A stretch of DNA of 64,000 nt from Candidatus Heimdallarchaeum aukensis (GTDB lineage Archaea > Asgardarchaeota > Heimdallarchaeia > Heimdallarchaeales > Heimdallarchaeaceae), in contig CP084166.1 in the NCBI GenBank assembly GCA_021513695.1, forward strand, positions 832,001-896,000, in the 5' to 3' direction. Of this stretch, positions 29,512-38,964 are shown piece by piece. A model generated the notes under the pieces. That model was not told where the DNA came from. It ran no database searches and was given only the letters and a program-made list of their open reading frames with translations. The position numbers and the translations under genes were made by a program. The number at the start of each line of letters is the position of its first letter. Within the stretch, counting starts at the first letter, position 1.

Positions 29512-30684
29512 ATGGAAAACAATATATTAAAAAGGATAGGTATATTCAGTTCAGCTTTCTCTCTCTTATTAATTGCAGTTATAGTTTTTAGTTTTGTAAT
29601 AAGAAAAATAATTCTAATGATAATTATTTGGTTTAATAGAATATTTGAATCCTCAAGAATTCCAATATTGAGTATTTTCATAATATCACTAACCATACTT
29701 TTAACTTTTGGAATAATCATATTTATCTTAGGAGAGTTTTATGATTTTTTTTTCCGTAAATATCCAAGTCTTTTATTAGATAAAAAAGAATATTCATTAA
29801 CTGAAAGTGATAAAAAGAAAATTTCTGTAATAATACCTGCATACAATGAAGAGAAAACTATAGAGAAAGCAATAAAAAGCGTAAAACCTTATTGTAACAA
29901 TATTATTGTTGTAAATGATGGCTCTACTGATGATACAGCAGCTATAGCTCAAAAAAATGATGTTGTTTTAATTAATCACAAATTAAATATGGGATTAGGA
30001 ACATCTTTAAGAGACGGAATTAACAAAGCAATAGATCTTAACTCAGAAATTATTATTAATTTTGATGCAGATTTGCAGTATGTAGCTGAAGAGATAGAAT
30101 ACATGGTCTATTATATTATTCATGAAAAATATGATTTAATTATGGGATCTAGGCTTAAGGGTAAAATCGAAAAAATGTCGTTAATAAAAAAGTTTGGAAA
30201 TAAATTATATACAAGATTGTTGAGATACTTAACTCGATTAGGGATTTCAGACGGACAAACAGGTTTTAGGGCATTTACTTCTGATTTTGCAAGAAAAATA
30301 ATGATTCGTGGTGATTATACTTATACTCAAGAAATGATTTTAGAAGCAGCTGCTTGCAAAGCAAAAATAGGAGAAGTACCTATAAGCTTTAACAAAAGAA
30401 AATATGGTAAATCGCGTTTAATGAGAAACCCTTTACACTTTGCAACTTCAAGTGGTATTTTCATATTAAAAGTCCTAATAGATCTAAATCCCTTAAAAAT
30501 ATACACATTGTTTTCTGTGTTTCTATTTCTTACAGGATTTTTTGTTGGAGGGACTGAAATACTAGATTGGTTAATTACCTCTACGTTAACAAATCCAAGT
30601 TTGATTATTCTTGGAATAATAATAATGATGACAGCTTTAATAATAAATAGCATTGCTTTGTTATTTGCTTCAACAAAGAGGTGA
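29512..30684 (+). CDS. family-2 glycosyltransferase with GtrB/DPM1-like architecture (polyprenyl-phosphate sugar synthase-like)
   Basis: N-terminal TM region. GT2 core ISVIIPAYNEE...VVNDGSTDDT with DAD (DxD) motif. Two C-terminal TM helices. Confidence 0.75.
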   Translation: MENNILKRIGIFSSAFSLLLIAVIVFSFVIRKIILMIIIWFNRIFESSRIPILSIFIISLTILLTFGIIIFILGEFYDFFFRKYPSLLLDKKEYSLTESDKKKISVIIPAYNEEKTIEKAIKSVKPYCNNIIVVNDGSTDDTAAIAQKNDVVLINHKLNMGLGTSLRDGINKAIDLNSEIIINFDADLQYVAEEIEYMVYYIIHEKYDLIMGSRLKGKIEKMSLIKKFGNKLYTRLLRYLTRLGISDGQTGFRAFTSDFARKIMIRGDYTYTQEMILEAAACKAKIGEVPISFNKRKYGKSRLMRNPLHFATSSGIFILKVLIDLNPLKIYTLFSVFLFLTGFFVGGTEILDWLITSTLTNPSLIILGIIIMMTALIINSIALLFASTKR

Positions 30685-30749
30685 TAGTAAATTACTTTGT
30701 AACTCTTCCTAAATGGAAATCATTCTTGAACTTAAGAGGTTATACATAT

Positions 30750-31943
30750 ATGAATAATAAGAAGAAAAATATTGCTATGATTGTCTATTCACATTTTGAA
30801 AGCGATGTAAGAGTAAAACGAGAAGCTTATTCCCTAAGTTCAGAAGGATACAATGTTTATTGTATTTCATTAAGGCTCAAAAATGAAGAGAGATATGAGG
30901 ATAGAAATGGAGTAAAAGTAATAAAACTATTTAAGTGGTTATCAATAATTCCAAAAGGCTCTCTATTGAGATATATTATAGGTAGCTCTCTCTTTATTTT
31001 GGCTTCGTTTATAGAATTATTAAAGATTAAGAAAAGTAAAGTAAATTTTCATGTAATTCATATTCATAATCCCCCAGACCACTTAATATTGTCTGGTTTA
31101 CTGTTTAAATGGATTTATAATGCAACTTTAGTTTTAGATAGACATGAACCTTTTGCTCTCCAAATTGTAAGTAATCTTGGTAAAAGTGAAGAATCTATCT
31201 TATATAAGATTTTAAGCGCTTATGAATGCATTGTCTATAAATTTGTAGACTATTTTATAGTTGTAAACAATATTGAGAAAAATGATGTACGATTGATAAC
31301 TAATAATAAACCTGTATATACAATAAGAAATTCATTTAATAATACTATCAATAACAATAAAATCCAAGGAAGAGAGAGAGTTGAAAATGAACATCATTTT
31401 TTAATTTTATATCAAGGTTTTATATCAGAGAGAAGAGATATTGATACACTTATTGAAGCAATTGACATATTAAGAAAAAAATATAGTGACATCAGATGCT
31501 ATATAATTGGAGACGGTGATTACTTACAAAAATCTATAGATATGGTAAAAAAAAGAGGGCTTTCAAGTTTCATCTATTTTCTTGGTTGGTTAGAACAAAA
31601 TGAACTTTTCAAGTTTATTGAAAGGTCACACGTTTGCTTGATCACTTTAAAAAACATTCCTGTTTATCAAAGAGCCACTCCTAACAAACTTTTTGAATAT
31701 ATGTATTTTAAAAAACCTATTATTGCAGCAGACTTACCACTAATACGTAATTTATCAGAAAATCAATGTGAATTATATGAACCTGGAAATTCTAAAGATT
31801 TAGCTAAAAAAATAATTAAGATAAGAGAGAACATGACATTATTCAAAAAGAAAACAGAAGAGTATGAAAAAATATTAAGTAAGAATCTATGGGTTGTAGA
31901 TGAGAAGAAATTAATATTAATGTACAGAAAAATAATAGGGTAA
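30750..31943 (+). CDS. family-4 (GT-B) glycosyltransferase
   Basis: GT-B architecture with C-terminal E-x7-E-like region (LFEYMYFKKPIIA). The listed ORF begins at 30681, overlapping the GT2 stop (ATGA). The internal ATG 30750 is the likelier start. Confidence 0.7.
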   Translation: MNNKKKNIAMIVYSHFESDVRVKREAYSLSSEGYNVYCISLRLKNEERYEDRNGVKVIKLFKWLSIIPKGSLLRYIIGSSLFILASFIELLKIKKSKVNFHVIHIHNPPDHLILSGLLFKWIYNATLVLDRHEPFALQIVSNLGKSEESILYKILSAYECIVYKFVDYFIVVNNIEKNDVRLITNNKPVYTIRNSFNNTINNNKIQGRERVENEHHFLILYQGFISERRDIDTLIEAIDILRKKYSDIRCYIIGDGDYLQKSIDMVKKRGLSSFIYFLGWLEQNELFKFIERSHVCLITLKNIPVYQRATPNKLFEYMYFKKPIIAADLPLIRNLSENQCELYEPGNSKDLAKKIIKIRENMTLFKKKTEEYEKILSKNLWVVDEKKLILMYRKIIG

Positions 31944-31961
31944 TTATCATTAAATAAAAGT

Positions 31962-33860
31962 TTAGCTAACAGATAATATGGGTCGTAAATCCCAAACCCA
32001 AAAATGTTCAGTTGAAAAGATGACAGAAGAAACTCTGCTTAAAGAACTAATAAAATATGAATCAGTAAAAATAGTAGAATATAATTCTATTATTGATGAA
32101 TTTGCATAGCTAACAAAAAAAGAAAGATTCAGTTGTTGAATTATTGATCGAGCTTCATGTGAATCTGCTGGAAGAGAACTTAAAGTTTCTAGAATAATTC
32201 TACCTGTCGAGAGATTACTAGAGAAAATGTATTGCTCCCACCACATATAAATTGGTCGTATTTTAGTTTTGTTCTCAATTGTAGATGCATTATAATAATC
32301 TATTAGAAGTAAGGAAATACTATGTACATCTGCTAAATCATAACAACCAGCTAGAACAGATAGCCTTATTCCAGTTGCCCTATTACATGAGGCTATTAAA
32401 CTTCCAGAAAAATTATTAAAGAACTTTGCTAGCTCTATCTCTTCTTCTGTTAATTCAGAGTTGTCAAATGGAGCATTTGTTCTAGTTCTATAATCTATTT
32501 GCCAATTTAAATAATATCTGGAATGTACTAAAAGTTGAAGAACAATTAACAAAACTAATATTCGATACAAAGCCTTTTTTGATAAAATGAAATTCAATTT
32601 TCCTTCAAATAGAACACCAACTGAAAAAACAAGATATGCAACTCCAAAAATTATGAAAATACTCAAATAGAATTTTATATCGCTAACATATAGGTCTAAT
32701 AATAAAAAACTAAAGATTACAGAAAAAGATAAAAGGAAAAGGTAAGAGCATTTCTCAAATTTTAATATCATGTTATGTTTATAGAGAAAAACGTCTATAA
32801 AATAAATTGCAAACAAAACAGGTAATAATGATAATATATATATAATATAATGATTTGAAATAAATAGAATCAGAGGAAGTTGTAAATAAGTTAATTTTTT
32901 TATTCGTCTATTCAATAAAGGAGAGGTTATATTTTCATGACTAACATGTAGGAAGAAACCAAATAAAGCTAAAAGAGAAACGAAACCCCATCCATTGTAA
33001 ATAACAAAACCAAGTATGTAAAGAAAATAATTTACTAAGTCATTATTGGTATATAGTGTTTTGGAAACTCTTGTGATATTTACATATTGATTAAAAAAGA
33101 AACCAGAAAATATAAGTATCAATGCTGAAATTATAACAATATAAGAAAATTTATCATACATAAACTTTTGAACTCTTCCTTTATTTAATTTATACTTTGA
33201 ATTATTTTTAAGTAATTTTTCAATAATCAAAAAAAATCCAACTAAAAATAAAAGCAATGTGTATGCTGTACTCATTCTATGAAAAAGGGACATTAAAATA
33301 AATACCAATGTCGCTTTAAAATAAGATGAAAATTGCTTTTTTTCTACTGTTTTTAGCAAATGTATAAAAAATAGAGGAATTAGTGCAACAAATGGAAACC
33401 TTGCAGATGCTAAATTATAGCTGAAATAGATTATATATGGGATATTTATGAAAAGTAAGCTTCCGATTATTGATATTATTGGTTTTTCAAATATGAATTG
33501 AAAAAAAGTAAAAGAAGCATAAGCTGAAATAATTAACCATAAAATAACAAAAACATTAACAGCTAGAATTTCATTATGAAAGCATATTATATCTATAACT
33601 CCATATATAAATAAAGATCCTATGGGGTAAGGAGAAAATGGATAAGCTCCTAGTAAGCTGAAAGGATGAATAATTAACTTTGTTACATAGCTTGAAAAGA
33701 ATAATCTACTTTCCCAAATTAAATACCATGAATCGGTAAAAAGAGGACCTTTGTGTGTTGGAATTCTTAAAACATAAGAGATAATAATAATTATAACAAT
33801 AAATATTAATTTATTAAGATGTTTTCGTACAGTGAATTTCATGAAAAATCTCCTAATCAC
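31962..33860 (-). CDS. large polytopic membrane protein (632 aa) with C-terminal soluble domain; candidate GT-C glycosyltransferase or Wzy-like polymerase
   Basis: Many TM helices plus a ~190-aa hydrophilic C-terminus. No AglB motifs. Confidence 0.5.
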   Translation of the reverse strand: MIRRFFMKFTVRKHLNKLIFIVIIIIISYVLRIPTHKGPLFTDSWYLIWESRLFFSSYVTKLIIHPFSLLGAYPFSPYPIGSLFIYGVIDIICFHNEILAVNVFVILWLIISAYASFTFFQFIFEKPIISIIGSLLFINIPYIIYFSYNLASARFPFVALIPLFFIHLLKTVEKKQFSSYFKATLVFILMSLFHRMSTAYTLLLFLVGFFLIIEKLLKNNSKYKLNKGRVQKFMYDKFSYIVIISALILIFSGFFFNQYVNITRVSKTLYTNNDLVNYFLYILGFVIYNGWGFVSLLALFGFFLHVSHENITSPLLNRRIKKLTYLQLPLILFISNHYIIYILSLLPVLFAIYFIDVFLYKHNMILKFEKCSYLFLLSFSVIFSFLLLDLYVSDIKFYLSIFIIFGVAYLVFSVGVLFEGKLNFILSKKALYRILVLLIVLQLLVHSRYYLNWQIDYRTRTNAPFDNSELTEEEIELAKFFNNFSGSLIASCNRATGIRLSVLAGCYDLADVHSISLLLIDYYNASTIENKTKIRPIYMWWEQYIFSSNLSTGRIILETLSSLPADSHEARSIIQQLNLSFFVSYANSSIIELYSTIFTDSYFISSLSRVSSVIFSTEHFWVWDLRPILSVS

Positions 33861-33961
33861 ACAAATGGCTAAAAGACAACAAAAAATATAACTAAATAAA
33901 ATTTTCTAAAAATAAATTCTAAAAAAATATTTAATTCTTAAAAAAAAATCCAAAAAAAATT

Positions 33962-35155
33962 GTGAATGCTATGAACAATGTAAAGAAAAAATTACTAGTT
34001 ATTACCCATAGTTATAACAGTTTTATAAAATATCAAATTGAATCACTTTCCAAATATTTCTCTGATATTTATGTTCTCGTAAGATATAATCCAATAGCTC
34101 AAATAGCAAATTATTTTGCAATAGATTATCTTACACCATTTAAAAAAAGTACAAGAATTAATCTTCAGCAAGTACCAACAAATATCCACATTTTTGTAAC
34201 TCCTGTTTATTATCTACCTATAAAGATTTTTGGAAATTACCTAGCTAAATCACATTTTAGAGCTGTAAAAAGAGTAATCGATATAAATAAAATTCAATTT
34301 GATTTGATCCATTGTCATTTTACTTGGAGTTCAGGTTTTGTAGGAATGAAATTAAAAGAGGAATTCAATGTACCTTTAATTATTACTGCTCATGGATATG
34401 ATATTTATTCACTTCCCTTTAAAAACAATAAATGGATGAGGAGAATACAAAAAGTATTGAATAAAGCAGATAAAATAATCACAGTGAGCAAAAGTAACAT
34501 TGATTATATTGAAAAATTGGATGTAAAAACCGATGTAACTTTAATTCCCAATGGATTTTCTCCCGATATATTCTTCCCAATAGAAAAAGATCAAGCTAGA
34601 CGAAACTTGAATATTCCGCTAAATAAATATGTTATCGTATCAATTGGAAATCTAATTAAGAATAAAGGACACAAATTTCTTGTTGATGCAATTAACATTA
34701 TCAAGAAAACATCGGATCTAGATATTATCTGTTTTATTATAGGTGGAGGAATATTAAAGAAAAAGCTTAAGAAGCAAATAAAGAGATTGGGTCTTTCCGA
34801 TAATATTTTTCTTAAGGATTATAGACCTTATAGTGAAATTCCAATTTGGATGAATTCTGCAGATCTATTTGTATTACCAAGCATCCAAGAAAGTTTTGGT
34901 GTTGTTGTATTGGAATCTTTAGCATGTGGAACACCTGTAGTGGCAACAAGAAACGGAGGAAGTGAAGAAGTACTAACTTCTAAAGAACTTGGACTTTTAT
35001 GTGAAGTTGGTAATAGCAGTAATTTAGCGAAATATATTGAACAAGCACTTGAAAAAGATTGGGATAAAAAAAGATTAGTAAAGTATGCTGAAAAATTTTC
35101 TTGGGAAAAAATATCAGAAGATTTATTTTATATTTATCAAGAAGTGTTAGATTAG
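33962..35155 (+). CDS. family-4 (GT-B) glycosyltransferase
   Basis: IIGGGILKKKL...ESFGVVVLESLACGTPVVATRNGG is a classical GT4 E-x7-E motif. Confidence 0.8.
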   Translation: MNAMNNVKKKLLVITHSYNSFIKYQIESLSKYFSDIYVLVRYNPIAQIANYFAIDYLTPFKKSTRINLQQVPTNIHIFVTPVYYLPIKIFGNYLAKSHFRAVKRVIDINKIQFDLIHCHFTWSSGFVGMKLKEEFNVPLIITAHGYDIYSLPFKNNKWMRRIQKVLNKADKIITVSKSNIDYIEKLDVKTDVTLIPNGFSPDIFFPIEKDQARRNLNIPLNKYVIVSIGNLIKNKGHKFLVDAINIIKKTSDLDIICFIIGGGILKKKLKKQIKRLGLSDNIFLKDYRPYSEIPIWMNSADLFVLPSIQESFGVVVLESLACGTPVVATRNGGSEEVLTSKELGLLCEVGNSSNLAKYIEQALEKDWDKKRLVKYAEKFSWEKISEDLFYIYQEVLD

Positions 35156-36606
35156 ATGTCGTCTATATATCTTATTGAGTATTCTTTTTCTATTAAAAGC
35201 TTATACAATTCTATTAATCCAAATAGAAAAAGTGGAATACTTACAATTGTCCAAGTAATTATTAAGATTAAAAACTTAATTTTATATAAAAGTAATATGA
35301 ATATAAAAGACATATAGAGAATTAATATGAACAAATGAAAACCTGATTTACCTTTTGTAAAAAGAAGGAGAAGAATTTGTAGAAAAATATTGTTAAAAAA
35401 CCCTCCTATAGCTAAACCTAAAGCAAAACCAAACATTCCAAAATCTGGAACCAATAAAATCCAAGAAATTGCTACTATAATTGCTCTAATAAAAGCTAAA
35501 ATTGGTTGAATTATAACCTTTTGTTCAGATGAAGAAAAATAGGCAGAAGTAGGAGTACCTAATAAAGAATTTATCGCATTAATTAAGAAATATACAAAAA
35601 CACTCCAATTAACTAGCATATCGTATCTGAAAAATGATAGAATATCTAACCAGATTGGAAAAGATTTCACTAATATTAATGATATACCCAACATTGGAAG
35701 TAAAATTGAGGAAAAAGACCAATTTACTTTTCTTATAAACCTAAGAGCTAATCCAGAATTTGATTTTTGAATATTTGTGATTCTAGATAAAAGAAGAGAA
35801 CCAAGAGATATTGCAATTAGGTTTATTGGAGCCATAGCAGAATTCCAAAAACCCAGAACTCCCATTTCAAAAAAGTTAAGATATTTCTCTGAAATTATTA
35901 TTTGTATCTGTGATAAACCAAGACTAAAGAGACTTCCAGTTGCTACAATAATAGCATAACGAAGAATTTTTTTGGTTTTTTTGCTGATTCGAAATTTTTT
36001 AAATTTAAGTATTGATTTTATTATTTTAACAGAAAAAAGTAAACCAAATATCAGATGGTATATCAATATTGGAACTAATAAAATGTAAATTTTACCAAAA
36101 ATTTTCTCTTGAGGAGAAAATAAAAGAGATGTTACAGAAGCTGGTAAAAAAATTAAAAATGCAATTCCTTCATACTTAAGAAGCTTAATGAAATTTTCTT
36201 CACCTTGCAGTGATTTTCTGTATACATAGTGGATTATATTAGTAAACATTGTTATATATATAAAAAATATATCTAAAGCTGAAATATTGTAAAAAAGGCA
36301 AATAAATATCAATCCAACTAATGACAAAAAAGAATAGATTAAAGTTAGAATAATACCATCATCAACAATTTTTTCTATTTCCTTTATATTACTCGCAGCA
36401 ATAAATCTAGCAATAGAAGGGGCTATACCATTTGATATTGGAATGCTAAGGAGGATTACCCACGAAAATATAAATGAAAAAGCTCCCATAACATCTGCGC
36501 TAAAGACCAAACCAACTACTAAAGGATAAATAGTATTAACAACACCAAGAATTACCGTACTTAAAATTGAATATAATATATTATTTGCTAATACTGATTT
36601 GAACAT
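35152..36606 (-). CDS. polysaccharide biosynthesis protein, Wzx-like flippase
   Basis: Polytopic, ~485 aa, MOP-type topology. The start is trimmed to ATG 36606 (MFKSVLANN...). Its stop codon overlaps the stop of the convergent GT4 gene. Confidence 0.6.
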   Translation of the reverse strand: MFKSVLANNILYSILSTVILGVVNTIYPLVVGLVFSADVMGAFSFIFSWVILLSIPISNGIAPSIARFIAASNIKEIEKIVDDGIILTLIYSFLSLVGLIFICLFYNISALDIFFIYITMFTNIIHYVYRKSLQGEENFIKLLKYEGIAFLIFLPASVTSLLFSPQEKIFGKIYILLVPILIYHLIFGLLFSVKIIKSILKFKKFRISKKTKKILRYAIIVATGSLFSLGLSQIQIIISEKYLNFFEMGVLGFWNSAMAPINLIAISLGSLLLSRITNIQKSNSGLALRFIRKVNWSFSSILLPMLGISLILVKSFPIWLDILSFFRYDMLVNWSVFVYFLINAINSLLGTPTSAYFSSSEQKVIIQPILAFIRAIIVAISWILLVPDFGMFGFALGLAIGGFFNNIFLQILLLLFTKGKSGFHLFILILYMSFIFILLLYKIKFLILIITWTIVSIPLFLFGLIELYKLLIEKEYSIRYIDDI

Positions 36607-36781
36607 ATTCGCAAAACCCTTCTTTTTACACTTCAAGAAAAAGTTAAGTATATTAATTATTCGCTTTATTAGTATCTTAATATATTCATTTAAGAGAAAA
36701 ATAACATTGAGCATTCATAACATTTATTATACATTCATTGAAAAATATAAAACAACACACTTAAAGAGAGGGTACATAGAA

Positions 36782-38962
36782 ATGAAAAAATGGAAGCTTC
36801 TTTACTTCGTATCATTTGCATTTATTATATTTCTCTCAACATTATTAAATCCCCCTGATTACGTAAAACTAGCTGATAAGGAAAACTACAAAACAAAAAA
36901 TAATTTTACCGTAATAAAGTCTGAAAGTGACCCAATTTTCATTGACTCAGATGATGATTTTAGTTTAGCCTATAATTTTCCTGGGTCAGGAACAAAAGAA
37001 GATCCTTATCTCATTTCAAATCGCACTATAATAACTACTTCGGATTACGGAATCTATATTTTTAATGTATCTAAATTTTTTAAAATTCAAAATAATATAA
37101 TTAAATCCTCAAAATACTCAATATATATTGAATCAATTGCAAATAATTCAGGAACAATTTTGAATAATTCATGCGAAAATAATGCAATTGCTGGTATTTT
37201 TATAAAAAACTCAAAAAACATTGTTATTAGTAATAATAGTTGTAACTTTAATTATGAGGGAATATCTGTTATAGACTGCTATAATATTACATCAAGTTTT
37301 AATAATTGTTCATTTAATAGTTATGGAATAAAGTATAACAATTCTCCATTTTCAATAATTGAAAGTAATTTTTGTGATAACAATAGTATTTTTGGAATTG
37401 ATTGCAGATATGGTAATAAGTCACTCTTACTAAATAATCAAATGAATAATAATGCTTTCGGTCTTAGAATCGAGGAATCAGCAAATTGTAATGTAGCTTC
37501 TAATTCTATTAACAGTTCTACTAGAGCAGGAGCACTAATTTCGAAGAGTTACTATTGTGAATTTACCTACAATAATTTTACAGACAATATTGAATATGGA
37601 CTTATTTTTTCAAATTCTAAGATGAATAAGATCCATAGAAACAACTTCATCAATAATAGTAAAGAACAATCTTCTCAAGCTTTTGAAGATGATACAAATA
37701 TATGGTATGACATTGTTGCTTATAAAGGTAATTTTTGGTCAGATTATAAGGGAAAAGGCAACTATACAATCGGTGGACCAACCTTAAATTCAGATCCTTA
37801 TCCTATCTTAAATCCCACATTAGTTTATCATGATAATATCAAGATTTATTCTAACTCTCAATTTTATAAAAAATATCTGTTTCCTGGGTCAGGAACAAAA
37901 GAAGATCCTTTTATAATTGAAGATATTTTTATCTATACAAACTTTGGAATAGGAATTTATATTGGGGGGGTAAATGCATCGTTTATTATTAGAAATTGTA
38001 TTATATATTCTAGAGAATATGGTATTTACATTAACAAAGCTAGTTCAAGTAACAATGAAATAATAAACAACACCTGTAGAACTCAAAATCAGTATGGTAT
38101 ATTCATTGAAAATTCAGTAAACACCATAGTTGTAAATAATACTTGTTCTAATCAAAACCAATATTCTATATATTTGTATTATTCAGGTCATTCTTTTATT
38201 TCAAATAATACTTGCTCAAATTCAAAAATAGGTATTCAATTATATTATTCAGGAAACACAAGGATCGATAATAATCTTTGCATTTCAAATGAAGTCGGAA
38301 TTAGTTTATATGTGTCAAAAAATTGTACCATAGAAAATAACAATTGTTCTTATAATTCTTTTTCAGGGATTTATATTAGTACAACTCGCCAACTTTTTTC
38401 AGTACCAGCCATAATTATAAACAATTTTATTTATAATAATTCTTATTTTGGAATATATCTTTTTGAAGTAGATGGATCATTTATTGCTAATAATTCTATT
38501 ATTTTGAACGGCATGATTGGTATTTACTTGATTTTTTCAAAATATTGTATAATTACCTATAATAACTTTATAAATAATTTAGGATACGGACTTTCCTTAA
38601 TAGATGTAGAAAAAACAAAAATCCATCATAACAATTTTTTTCAAAATAATATCAATGGAACATCACAAGCATTTGATGATGGATGTAATAATGAGTGGTA
38701 TGACAAAGAACAACGAATTGGTAATTTCTGGTCTGACTTAAAAGATGACTTTTATGAAATTTCAGGGAATGCTAATGAGATTGATAAATATCCAGTAAAG
38801 AAACCATTCTTACCTCCTTACAATATAGAACCAATTTCGCTACTTCCAAATGATAAACTAAATACCAATGAAATTATTGTCTTTTTCATTGAAATATTTA
38901 CTTTAATTGCTATTCCTTCTTTCATATTTCTATTTAATAAAAGAATTATAAGAGGTAAATAA
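36782..38962 (+). CDS. surface protein with two tandem right-handed parallel beta-helix (CASH/NosD-like) modules, N-terminal signal and C-terminal TM anchor
   Basis: Signal MKKWKLLYFVSFAFIIFLSTLL. Two modules each open with FPGSGTKEDP(Y/F)(L/I)I and continue with ~22-aa repeats rich in N/I/G/C. C-terminal TM IIVFFIEIFTLIAIPSFIFLF. The start is set at ATG 36782 rather than 36599. Confidence 0.65.
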   Translation: MKKWKLLYFVSFAFIIFLSTLLNPPDYVKLADKENYKTKNNFTVIKSESDPIFIDSDDDFSLAYNFPGSGTKEDPYLISNRTIITTSDYGIYIFNVSKFFKIQNNIIKSSKYSIYIESIANNSGTILNNSCENNAIAGIFIKNSKNIVISNNSCNFNYEGISVIDCYNITSSFNNCSFNSYGIKYNNSPFSIIESNFCDNNSIFGIDCRYGNKSLLLNNQMNNNAFGLRIEESANCNVASNSINSSTRAGALISKSYYCEFTYNNFTDNIEYGLIFSNSKMNKIHRNNFINNSKEQSSQAFEDDTNIWYDIVAYKGNFWSDYKGKGNYTIGGPTLNSDPYPILNPTLVYHDNIKIYSNSQFYKKYLFPGSGTKEDPFIIEDIFIYTNFGIGIYIGGVNASFIIRNCIIYSREYGIYINKASSSNNEIINNTCRTQNQYGIFIENSVNTIVVNNTCSNQNQYSIYLYYSGHSFISNNTCSNSKIGIQLYYSGNTRIDNNLCISNEVGISLYVSKNCTIENNNCSYNSFSGIYISTTRQLFSVPAIIINNFIYNNSYFGIYLFEVDGSFIANNSIILNGMIGIYLIFSKYCIITYNNFINNLGYGLSLIDVEKTKIHHNNFFQNNINGTSQAFDDGCNNEWYDKEQRIGNFWSDLKDDFYEISGNANEIDKYPVKKPFLPPYNIEPISLLPNDKLNTNEIIVFFIEIFTLIAIPSFIFLFNKRIIRGK

Positions 38963-38964
38963 TA

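Noticed and set aside
36599-36781. Long N-terminal extensions of listed ORFs (36599 for the beta-helix gene, 21187 for GT4, 30681 for GT4, 43852 for sulfotransferase, 9800 for the PepSY gene)
   Set aside because: The extensions overlap neighbouring genes or precede an obvious signal peptide or conserved N-terminus. The internal ATGs were preferred.
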